In this document: positions 24,906 to 35,849 of the stretch, one piece after another
Position numbering within the stretch: position 1 is the first letter of the stretch
How the letters are laid out: the number at the start of each line of letters is the position of its first letter
Assembly (NCBI RefSeq): GCF_963921235.1
Contig: NC_086097.1
Coordinates: 216,134,001-216,198,000, forward strand
DNA length: 64,000 bases
Source of the DNA: Mobula hypostoma
Taxonomy: Eukaryota
Direction: 5' to 3'
Made by a program: the position numbers and the translations under genes
The notes under the pieces: model-generated
What the model saw: only the letters and a program-made list of their open reading frames with translations
The model's database searches: none
What the model was told of the DNA's origin: nothing

Positions 24906-25227
24906 AAGTGGCAACAAGATGGCGAAGAAGGCATTTGGTACACTTCCCTTCCTCATTCTGAGCACAGAGTACAAGAGCTGACACGTTATATTATAGCTGT
25001 ACAAAATGTTAGAGAGGCTGCACTGTGTATAATTCTGGTCACCTTGCTATAGGAAAGATATCATGAAGTTGCTAAATGTGTAGAAACAATTCACAAAGAT
25101 GTTTCTGGGACTGAATGAACTTACCTCAGGCATTTTGAGCGAGGGGTGGGGAAGTGGTAGTAGATGGGTTGCATTCCTAGAAACTGATCTGCATCACAAT
25201 TTTACAATAGTGTGATGTTGTGTTATC

Positions 25228-26130
25228 TCGAAGTTCAAGGTGCGTGTACAGTATATGACCATATACTACCTTGAGGTTCATTTTTTTCTTACAGGCATTT
25301 ACAAGGAATAAAAGAAATGCAATAGAATTTTATGAAAAACAATACATAAACAGACAAAGACTGGCAAACAACCAAAGTGCAAAAGAAGATGAACTACGCA
25401 AACAAAATAATACTGAGAACACAAGTTGTAAAGAATCCACGAAAGTGAGTCTGAATGTCATAGAATCAGTTCAGAGGGGTGATGAATGAAGTTATGCCTG
25501 GCAGTTTAGGAGCCTAATGGGTGTTGATTAATGGCTGTTCCTGAACTTGAGGGTGTGGAACCTTCAGCCCAATGATAGTTGTGAGAAGAGGGTATGGCCT
25601 GGATTGTGGGGAGTCTTTGCTTTAAATCAATGGTATGGAGGGCTTTTCCTGTGATGGACAGTGGTGTTTCCACCACTTTTTGTAGCCTTTTCTGTTTCTA
25701 GGCTTGGTATGTTTCCATACCAAGCTGTGATGCAACCAGTTAGGATACTTTCCATTTTGCATTTTGTCAGAGTTTGTCAGAGCTTTAGGTGGCATGCTGA
25801 ATTGACGCAAACTTCTAAGAAAGTAGAGCTGGTGTTTTGCCTTCGTTGTAATGACACTTATATACTCGTCCCAGAACAGATCCTCTGATATGTTAACGTC
25901 AAGGAAGTTAAAGCTACTGACCTTCTCTTCTTCCATTCCCCTCTTGTGAACTGGCTGATGGACTTCCAGCTCTTTGGTTTTGCTGATGTTGTGGGAGAGG
26001 TTGTTGTTGTGGCACCACTCAATCAGATTTTCAATCTCCCTCCTGTACCCCAATCTGTCACTACATTTGATTTGGCCAACAGTGTTGTCATCAGCAAATT
26101 TAAATTTAGCAGTAGAGCTGTACATAGCCA
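25228..26130 (-). mobile_element. Rex1/Babar-like LINE RT/3' fragment
   Basis: ORF 25622-26158: KFADDNTVGQI...YRREIENLIEWCHNNNLSHNISKTKEL...QLYFLRSLRQF. Confidence 0.8.
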
Positions 26131-26379
26131 CCCTTCTGTGCAGCTGTGCATGCATCAAAAAATGTGAGTTTAGAAAATGCTGCTTATTCTTTCTTTACTT
26201 TTTTACATGAATTCTGTAAGAGTGAATTTCTTAGCATATCTCAGATTTTTAGGTAGTGATTTGTGAATTCTGTAAAGGTCAATGACAGTATCCCAAACAG
26301 CTATAAAACTGGGATCACCTGTATCTTTACATGTAAAACTAAAAAAAGGATAAATGTCAATTGACCAGAGTGATTTAAA

Positions 26380-28335
26380 AAATGATTTTATAATGGTTCA
26401 GTATCCAATGTTTATGATATGTTGTTGGGAATGAGATATGATTCTTTAGACAAAATCAAAAATCTTTGGGAACAAGATTTACAGACTTCAATTTCTGAAG
26501 AAACTTGGAATTAAATTTTTAAATTGGTTAATACTATATCGTTATGTGCTCGTCATTCCCTCCTACAATTTAAAGTGATTCTTAGGGCTTATATGACCAA
26601 GGATAAGTTATCTCATTTTTATATGGATATATCTCCCTACTGTGATAGGTGTAACAATGGAGAAGCTTCATTTATTCATACGTTTTGGACATGACCAAGG
26701 CTACGTCCACACTACGCCGGATAATTTTGAAAACGCTGGTTTTGAGTAAAAACAACGGGTATCCACACTAAGCGTTTTTCAAAATATCTCTGTCCACATT
26801 AGACGGATATTTGAGTGTACCTCCTCCTACTGGGCACGTGCAGGACACACAGAAAACAAGCGAAGAGGAAACGGAATACTTGGTGCGCATTTGTCCAGTT
26901 ACAGAGTAGAAAAACTTAAAAGGAATTGCTGTTGGCTCTCGCGCAGGAAGACTTAAAACTAAAAAAAAAATACTGGAGCGTATGGAGGCAACTGACAGGG
27001 AGTTCACGGACAGTATGACCCGGCTGACGACGAACATTGAAAAACTGACTAACTCTGTTGCATTAATAAAGCACCTTGTTAAATGTATAAAACGTCTGCA
27101 TCAGCGTTATCTTGTATTTCCATACAATGTTACATTAGGCTGTTACACATCTATTGACAGAGAAGTACTTGCATAAATAGGTAAACCACCTTCATACAAG
27201 CAAGGACAGAAAACAGGGCAAAGTGAATATACTTATTTATTCAGTAAGCTATGGGTCAAAGTATTTGGTGAGTACATTTCTAACTCTTCTGGTTTCAGTC
27301 TCGTTGCCGTCTGTTCTGAAATTGTTAGGTTCTGCGAAGTGCAGAATCAAATATCGCTGTGATGATTGTATGCCGTAGTATCAATTGTTTGGCAACAATA
27401 AAGTAGTAATAATAATAATAATAAGAAGAAGAAAACAATGAAATGCCGCGCTGCTGCCATCTGTTGCGGCGCGTCATGACTGCGGTTTTAAAAAGCTCCG
27501 TTTACCATGTCTACACTGCAACAGATATTAGACATTTTCAGATTTATTCACTCTGGAGACCGTTTCTGAAAACCTCCATTTTGGGGGGATGAAAACACCA
27601 TTTTAGTGTAGACAGAGGATCAAAACGAAAAGAAAAAGCTTCGTTTTCAAAATTATCCGGCGTCGTGTGGACGTAGCCCAAATCTTGGAAAATATTGGAA
27701 AGAAGTATTCCAAACTTTTTCTGTATTCTTTAAAGTAAATTTTAAGCCTAATCCTTTGACTGCCCTACTTGATATTGTTGGAAGGAAAGATATCATCTTG
27801 AAGACATCTGATTTGCTCATTCTGGCTTTTATCTCTCTTATGGTTAGGAGGGCGCTTTTGTTTAAACGGAAGGATGCTGTTCTGCCTAATCGTGCTCAGT
27901 GGTTATGGGATGTTATGGCATGCCTAAATTTAGAAAAGATTCATTGTTCAATTTCTGAATCTAACCAAGATTTTCAAAATTTTTGGGGGCCGTTTTTAAA
28001 TTATTTTCATAATCTTTGACTTCTCATTAAATTACAGAAGTTGGTTAATAGCATATTTTATTATCTGATAAGGTTTTTTCCCCTTTTTTTCCAAAACAGC
28101 TTCGACTTTGGTAGTGGATATAGATCATTTTTTATAAAATTGTTTATATTCTAATATATGAATTAATCTAATCTATATGAATATAGAGAAAGGAGTTTGT
28201 TAATGTGTTTCAATATACTGTATCTGGTATTATTATATTTTTTCTTTTGTTTTATAATATGTATTCTCTTGGACTCTGTATTCTTCTACATAGAAATCAA
28301 TAAAAATATTGAAAAAGAAAGGAAGAAAAAAATCA
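26380..28335 (+). mobile_element. L1/Tx1-like LINE 3' fragment (CCHC zinc knuckle + 3' UTR + A-rich tail), split by a MITE
   Basis: ISPYCDRCNNGEASFIHTFWT*P|NLGKYWKEVF is contiguous across the MITE. ORF 27756-28019 gives the C-terminus. AATAAA and an A-rich tail at ~28299-28333. Confidence 0.8.
26699..27678. mobile_element. PIF/Harbinger-derived non-autonomous element
   Basis: ~37-bp TIRs (ggctacgtccacactacgccggataattttgaaaacg / cgttttcaaaattatccggcgtcgtgtggacgtagcc) and a 3-bp TSD CAA (26696-26698, 27679-27681). Confidence 0.85.
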
Positions 28336-28639
28336 TCATAAATGTCATCTGGAATTACGTACTTTCATGTGATTTTCATTTCCTGGTATATTCATACTGA
28401 AGAAGCAGCTATCTGGAATTTTCCACATCAAAATCTGACCACATACTTTCAGCTTAACAAATATGTAGTCATCCATTAACTAGCTAGAACCTAGCTGAAG
28501 TGAACAGGGATTGCACTGGTGGTAATAACCTCATTCACTAGAAAGTTCACAATACAGAATTTCATGGGAATTCCAAATTGCAATTGTGGAATTTCCAGCA
28601 AAGTAGTTGCAAATATTTTGTTATATTTGTCAAAGCTAT

Positions 28640-29800
28640 GAAATGATTCTGTCTTTAAAAGGAATGTTCTGTCCTCAGCAAAGGCTTTAACTTTTGCCCC
28701 CCTTTGCTCAATGAATTCCACACCTGCCATGACGCTGAGCTCTTCTTCTGTCACTGTCATCTCCAGGCCTACTTCTTTGGCAAGGATTCTCTACCACCCA
28801 TGAATGATCTTCATTCCTTCTCCCCTTCCTGGCCACTCTGCTCTGGATCTTTTCATCGGTAACTGCAATGGGATTTCAACCATCTCGAATTACCACTCCC
28901 TTAACCTATTCCAACCTCACCCCACCTGAACGTACTACCCTCCCAATCTCTCTGTACTAATCCTAACTTCACCATCAAACCCAGAGACAAGGGTGGTGCT
29001 ATTGTAGTCCGGTGGACTGACCTCTACCTTGCCGAAGCCAAACAGCAACTCTTGGACACCTCTTACTTACCCCTTAACCAGTATCCCACTGAGACGCATC
29101 AGGCTATTGTCTCTCACTCCACCGCTGCTCTCATCACCTCTGGATATCTCCCACCTACAGCTTCCAACCTCATACTTCCCCTACCCCACATTGCCCATTT
29201 TTACTTCCTAGCCAAGATCCACAAACCCAACTTACCCATTGTTTCTCTTTGCTCATGCCCCAATGAACTCTTGTCCACATTTCTGAACTCCATTTTGTCC
29301 CCCTTGGCCCAGTTCCTTTCTGCCTACAGTACATCTACGACACTTCAAATGCCCTCCATCACATCACCAATTTCTATTCCCTGGCCCCGACCACCTTATT
29401 TTCACCTTGGACATTAGATAAAGCTCCCCAACTCCTTCACCATTACAATGATAACTGTTTTGTTGCTGCTTCCTGCACTCATGCTGAGCTTGTCAATTTA
29501 ATCAATTTTGCCTCTAATTTTCACCCTCAGACTTTCTTGGTCCAGCTCACCTTGCTCACCTTTTTTTTTGATCTGTCTGCCTCCATCTCCAGAGACAAAT
29601 TAACGACTGACGCATTTTACAAATCCACTGACTGCCATCTCTTCCCATGTAAAAATGCTATTCCCTTCCCTGTCACATGCAAAAATGCTATTCCCATCTC
29701 CACATCTTCCACCTATCACCTTCTAGCTTCTCACACCATTCTCTTCTCCACTCATCTATCTTCCTCCTCACCTGGTTTCACCTAACACCTAATACCTTGT
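28640..29800 (+). mobile_element. Decayed PLE reverse-transcriptase fragment
   Basis: SVLSKGFNFCP...HDAELFF...AYFFGKDS; NPNFTIKPRDKGGAIVV..DLYLAEAKQQL; FYFLAKIHKPN.PIVS (ORF 29052). Confidence 0.75.
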
Positions 29801-30413
29801 ACTCCTCCCTGGTCAAGGCACCCATTCCAACAAACTGCCCTCCGATCTCTCTGTACTAATCCAATTGAATTGCTTGGAATTCTCATGAAACATCAAAAAA
29901 ATTATAGCCTCTGCTGCTGCATCTCCTCCAGCCCCCTTCTGCAACAAAGAGACACCTTTTAGGTTGGACTTCATGAACCGCTGTTACATGGAAACTCGAT
30001 GTAAGCTGTTCCATCACAACTGTGATCACCAACTGCTTTCCCTACAGCTGACTGCACAAAGAAATCATTTAAAATAACCTGTGATTCAAATGTAATACAG
30101 TATACTGTCTACAGGTAATGGGCACAGATTAATCACACACAATTGCACCTATATTCAGGTGGTTTATGAGTTCTCACCAAAATTTAGATATATGGTACCC
30201 CAAAACACATTGTGCTTATTTACAGGATGCATTTGAACTTAGATGCTTTCTAAGCAAGATCAGAGGGGAATTAAAAGCCATGTTGCTAAGGTTCTGGACC
30301 AAGTAAAGAAAGCAAATTGCCTTCCTTAACGGATATTAATGAACCATATACCTTTTTAAATACCTCCAATAGTTCCATATCCACCAATACCTTTAATAGT
30401 CATTTGTATTTAT

Positions 30414-30556
30414 ATAACCATATAACCATATAACAATTACAGCACGGAAACAGGCCATCTTGGCCCTTCTAGAACATGCCGAACTCTTACTCTCACCTAG
30501 TTCCACCGATCTGCACTCAGCCCATAACCCTCCATTCCTTTCCTGTCCATATAGCT
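30414..30556 (-). mobile_element. Very short CR1 3'-end insertion
   Basis: (ataaccat)n tail followed by CR1 3' UTR (cagcacggaaacaggccatcttggccc). Confidence 0.75.
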
Positions 30557-33500
30557 ATCATAACTTAATTATCTGAGCTATTTCTATAGCTATTTCATAA
30601 CTTAATTATCTGAATTTAAATGTCATGGCTAGAATTGGTTTCATATCTCTGAATCTTCATTCCAAATCATTGGATTACAGGTCTTGTAACTTAAATATTA
30701 TGATACTGTACCTCAGCAATGATGCTGGGTGATACCCTCAAACCTCTCTGGGATTTACTGTATTTAGATATCCTACTGTTCTATGACAATCATTTCTTTC
30801 CAGGTGGCTCTTGATGCTGCATATGGTGATATTTTCCTCTGTTGATTATGGCACACTTCCTTTTTCTAGATTAGGCCATTAAAGATTATCTTGAAAAGTG
30901 GACTCCAGCTGACATGTGTAACTAGAGTACTAAATTGATTTCAACTCATGATCCCAAGACTCATTCATAATTGTACATAGCATATTGTTTTATAAAGTAC
31001 TGATGATTACATTATGTCTTAAGCTCATGAATAAATATCATTGTTTGCTAAAATATCATATTTGTACATTCTATGAAGCAAATTAAAATATTTATTCATT
31101 TATGCCCATTTAGTGAAGAAACAAGGAATATTGATATAAAAAAGATAGAAAACATCGTAAATGCTCCACAGGGCTGGCAGCATCTCTGGGGCGAGAAATA
31201 GAGAAAGCATACAAGTCAAATGCCTTTATCAAGTGAGGTAGATGAGAACATTAATTTTATTTACAAATAAGCTCTTCTCAGGATTCCAGCGGCTACAGGT
31301 ATCGATTATAGCTGACATTTCAATGACAAGATCTGCCATCTTCAGCAGGGATGATGCCCGGGCATGTCTAGTCCCAGATTTTTATTTGTTTTAATCATGC
31401 AGCATGCAGCTGGTAAAACTTCCACAATTGTGACATAACCCTTGAAAATTGAACTGTTTATGTTTCTTTGATTGTGTGGTTGTGATTCTTTTCATCTATG
31501 GTTTGAGTAAAGGAGGAAATACAATGCGGCCAGCACCTTTGTGACATTTAAGATCTGGCATCCAGTCATCAGTGGCATACCTTTCACAGGATTAAGCCTT
31601 GCTTGTTAAATCATATCCTGAAGCTGTGGGGGGGGGGGGATCCTTGTTCTGGGTGTTCACTGATTAACGGAGCCATTTAGCCCTCAGCAAAGCTCTGGGC
31701 AGTGTGCGATGAGGCATGCATAAAATGAGGACCTTGCAAAGATTATAATGATCTTTTTCTATTCAAAAACCAAATAATTGCTGCTCAGTTAACTGTAAGC
31801 CTTGGTATCGAACCTTTTACTCCCACATTCAACTAATGCTTCATTAGTAGCTTATGTGTGTACTGGGCTGAAACACTCCAGGCACACTCTAGGTCATCTT
31901 CTTAATTTGACTTAAATGGGCTAATTGTGTTCCACAAGAACAAAATCTTTGCTGTTACCATTGGAAGAAGTCAATGACTCTGAGGTATTCCAAAGCTTCT
32001 AAAATAATAGCATTTTAAACAAATAAAATACCATCTTCTTTGTTATCTACATTCCACCCCTTACCACAAATACCACTTCCACAAATTCACTTAGCAAAAC
32101 TCAGTTCTGGTTCAACTGATAAGAATCCAGTGGCCACAAACACTGCGGGTTACAGACTAGGAAATCTCCTTTCCCCAATATTTTTAGATGTCTAGGGTGG
32201 TTCCATTGAAAATCAATAGTGCTGATCTTTTTAAATAGATGATTATTATCATAGAGAGTGTGTTGTTATCTGAATGTTCTAATTTCTTACACATGCTCTT
32301 CTCTGCATTCAATTTAAGTGGAAAACTGCACTTGAGTTGTCTTGTTCCTGTGCAAAGCAGGAAGTTGGAATGAGATATCCTACAGCCACTGGCCTTCACA
32401 AAAGGTCAGCCTGTCACCAAGAACATCTCTAAGCCAAGGCAAGAAGAAACCTGTCCAAGCCGAGCAAGATTTGACTGACATGGCCTTTGGTATTTTAAAA
32501 GAATATCTATTTCTGGAAAGTAATAAAAGCTGTATTAATTGTCTCATTAATTGTGCTGAGAGGGCAGTGGTAAGCCTTCTCCTCAAATCATGGTGGCGGG
32601 CTCAAGCAATGATGTCAGATGTATATTGATCCAGCAAAGGTGAAGAAACATCAACATATGTACCAATAAGGCAAACTTTTAAACATTGAGCTGATGGCGT
32701 CAATCAGGATATCTGAACATTTTATGTACATCACCACCCACCACAACCTTGCCATCTCATGCTAGCACTGCCCCTTCGGTTTGCATAGGGAAAGGTGAAG
32801 CATACAAAGTAATCGTATTGAGTGGCTGCAGTAGATTATGCATTGCAGATGATGTATACTGTGGCCACAATAGATTGGCAGAGAAAAGAGGGCATATTAA
32901 CCCCAAATATTAACTTTGAGGAGTCTTAAAGATTTGAGAATTGAATAAATTTGGGCTGTCTTTACATGTGAAAATAGAAGTTACTTCTGTGTGTCTGTTT
33001 GTGGTATTTTCATATTGATTTTTGTTGCATTCTGAGGTTGGCAAATGTGTGCATGGTACCTATAGAGTAGATCAGCATGAACTGATCCCACAAATGTAAA
33101 GGACCAAAGCCAAAGCTAGAGAGAGTTGGGAGTGATTGCAGAGACAAGCACAGAAGATTACCTTCAAGTCTGCATCCTGTTTTTAATGACATCCTACTGC
33201 CGGGGACAAAGAGTTATCAGAGACTGATATCCTGTCCAGTTCATACTGCAGTAAAGAAGGCATGGCTGCAGGTAGCCCCAGTGGTCAGTGACAAAACACT
33301 GAGGAACACAACTGGCTTCAAGTGTTTTGATAACTGAAGCAGTCTGAGGATGTTATAGAAATACTGATCATTCCAATTTTCCCATTTCCAATCTCTTTTA
33401 TATTTGAAAGGAGACATATTTACAAGGTCCCGCAACATTAAACTCTTGCTTAAGGCTGATTCCTCCATTCACTCTATAATGGGGGAGGGGGTTATGCTTT

Positions 33501-33672
33501 GAAGCTGTGGATGTGTGATATTTGTTTCTTGCACTGGGAGTACAGAAGCCCACGTTTCCCTTCATCTGTTGACCAACAACGCTGAAATACAATTGGTCCT
33601 CAGCGCAGCCCCTTCCGTGCTTTTGGATGGTGAAGCTTCGATGCATCAGGAAGTAAGTCATTCAACACAACT

Positions 33673-33767
33673 CCTGACGAAGGGTCTCGGCCTGAAACGT
33701 CGACTGCACCTCTTCCTAGAGATGCTGCCTGGCCTGCTGCGTTCACCAGCAACTTTGATGTGTGTTG
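33673..33767 (+). mobile_element. 95-bp PLE terminal mini-insertion beginning at the hammerhead core, 13-bp TSD
   Basis: TSD attcaacacaact at 33660-33672 and 33768-33780. The insert reads cCTGACGA-agggtctcggcct-GAAAC-GTC-gactg...tgtgtgttg. Confidence 0.9.
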
Positions 33768-33971
33768 ATTCAACACAACTTCTGCCTTCTTCCAGAGCCA
33801 ATGTGTGGAAGGCTGGGTAACAACCAAAAATAACTGAGATGGAATGGAGGACAAGAAAAAGGAAGTTAAGTGAGGAATTTGATCCTGAGACATAAGGTAA
33901 CTCATTCATATTGTTTTTCGAACAATTGTAGCAATTAGCGCCTGCTGTTGCGATGAAGCATCTAGTAGCAA

Positions 33972-35030
33972 CACACACACAATGCTGGAGGAACTCAGGA
34001 GGCCAGGCAGCACCTATGGTAAAAAGTACAGTCAATGTTTCAGGCTGAAACCCTTCAGCAAGACTGGAGAAAAAAAGCTGAGGAGTAGATTTTAAAAGGT
34101 GGGGGGAGGGGAGAGAAACACTGGTGATGGGTGAAACCTGGAGGGGGAGGGTTGAAGAAAAGAGCTGGGAGGATGTTGGTGAAAGAGACAGAAGGCCATG
34201 GAAGAAAGAAAAAAGGGGAGGAGCACCAGAGGGAGGCGATGGACAGGGAAGGAGATAAGGTGAGAGAGGGAAAAGGGGATGAGGAATGGTGAAGGAGGGT
34301 GGGGTCATTACCGGAAGTTTGATGTTCATGCCATCAGGTTGGAGGCTACCCAAACGGAATATAAGGTGTTGTTCCTCCAACCCGAGTGTGACCTCATCAT
34401 GACAGTAGAGGAGGCCATGGGTGGACATATCGGAATGGAGGTGGGAAGTGGAATGGAAATGGGAAGTGGAATAAAAATGGGCGGCCACTGGGAGAGCCTG
34501 CTTGTTCTGGCGGACGGAGCATAGATGCTCAGCAAAGCAGTCTCCCAATCTACGTCAGGTCTCACCGATATACAGGAGGCCACATCAGGAGCACCAAACA
34601 TAATAAATGACCCCGACAGGTGTTGCCTCACCTGGAAGGACTGTTTGGGGTCCTGAATGATGGTGAGGGAGGAGGTGTAGAGGCAGGTGTAGCACTTGTT
34701 CCGCTTGCAAGGATAAGTGCCAGGAGGGAGATCAACGGAGAGGGATGAATGGACAAGGGAGTTGCGTAGGGAGTGATCCCTGCAGAAAGCAGAATGTGGG
34801 GGTGGGGGGGGTGGGGAGGAACGGAAAGATGTGCTTGGTGGTGGGATCCCGTTGGAGGTGGCGGAAGTTTCAGAGAATTATATGCTGGATGCAGAGGCTG
34901 CTGGGGTGGTTGGTGAGGACAAGAGGAACTCTATGCCAGGTAGGGTGTTGGAAGGATGGGGTAAGAGCAGAGATGTGTGAAATGGAAGAAATGTGGTTGA
35001 GGGTAGCATTGATAGTGGAGGAAGAGAGGC
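33972..35030 (-). mobile_element. 5'-truncated Penelope-like element (RT C-terminal region, GIY-YIG, 3' repeat with decayed hammerhead motif)
   Basis: GDCFAEHLCSVR...PVAAHF...LEEQHLIFRLGSLQPDGMN in ORF 33658-34548. Homologous to 18212-19179. Imperfect TSD catct..tagcaa (33959-33971 / 35031-35043). Confidence 0.85.
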
Positions 35031-35849
35031 CATCTCATAGCAAGTCACTAGCAGTGCAAATTTTTTTGTATAATTAAACTAAAGGAGAAGGAATATACCC
35101 ACAGCTTCTGAAGCAAAAAAAAAGACAAATTCTCAGATCTCTCTAGGTTAGTGGTTGATGCAGGAAAACATTTTTTTTAAGAGCAGCCAGATTCATTTTG
35201 TAGGTTTAAGAGTCCAAAAATACAAGATGAATATTCCTTAGTTATTACTGATTGCTCACTGCTTGGGTTACAATTCTTTGAACAATCTGATTAATGACTG
35301 GTGAAAAATGGCAGAGTGTGCATATTGCAACTTCCACTACTTTCTACCTAATTCTTTCATTTGGAGTCCAATGATAGCTTCAGATTGCAATCTGCATTTT
35401 TAAGGGTTCCATTGCCTTGCCAGGTGACTGAATTCCCTGAAGCAGTTCCAGTGTAGCTCAGTTACCACATTTTGTAAGAAAAGGAGTACGACACCCATCA
35501 TTTTGACTTCTCTTCATGAATTATTACAAGAGTTATTCATATTGGGTAATAACAATCAATAATAATTAAAAGGTGGCGATATCGGATAATACAGTAGAAT
35601 TAAAAGCTTAAAAGATAGCAGAAAGTACAAAGTTTACTAAGATGACAAAGGATCTGTGGAAAGGGAAACATTCAACTTTTCAATCATCTATTGATAAAAT
35701 AAACCGAAGTTAACAAACGTTAACTTTGCTGCTCCATTAACAGAGGTCACCTGACCCGATCTGCTGAATTTTTCCATCACTTTCTTTTTTTATATCTGAT
35801 TTTCAGCAGTTGCGGCTTTTATTTTTAGTGAGATTGCATGCAATCAGGT

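Noticed and set aside
28491..28760. 89-aa minus-strand ORF as a host exon
   Set aside because: It overlaps the antisense of the PLE RT N-terminal region and has no recognisable domain.
33658..34548. 296-aa ORF as a host gene
   Set aside because: It is a chimeric read-through of a PLE GIY-YIG remnant, its low-complexity 3' region, flanking DNA and a second PLE insert.
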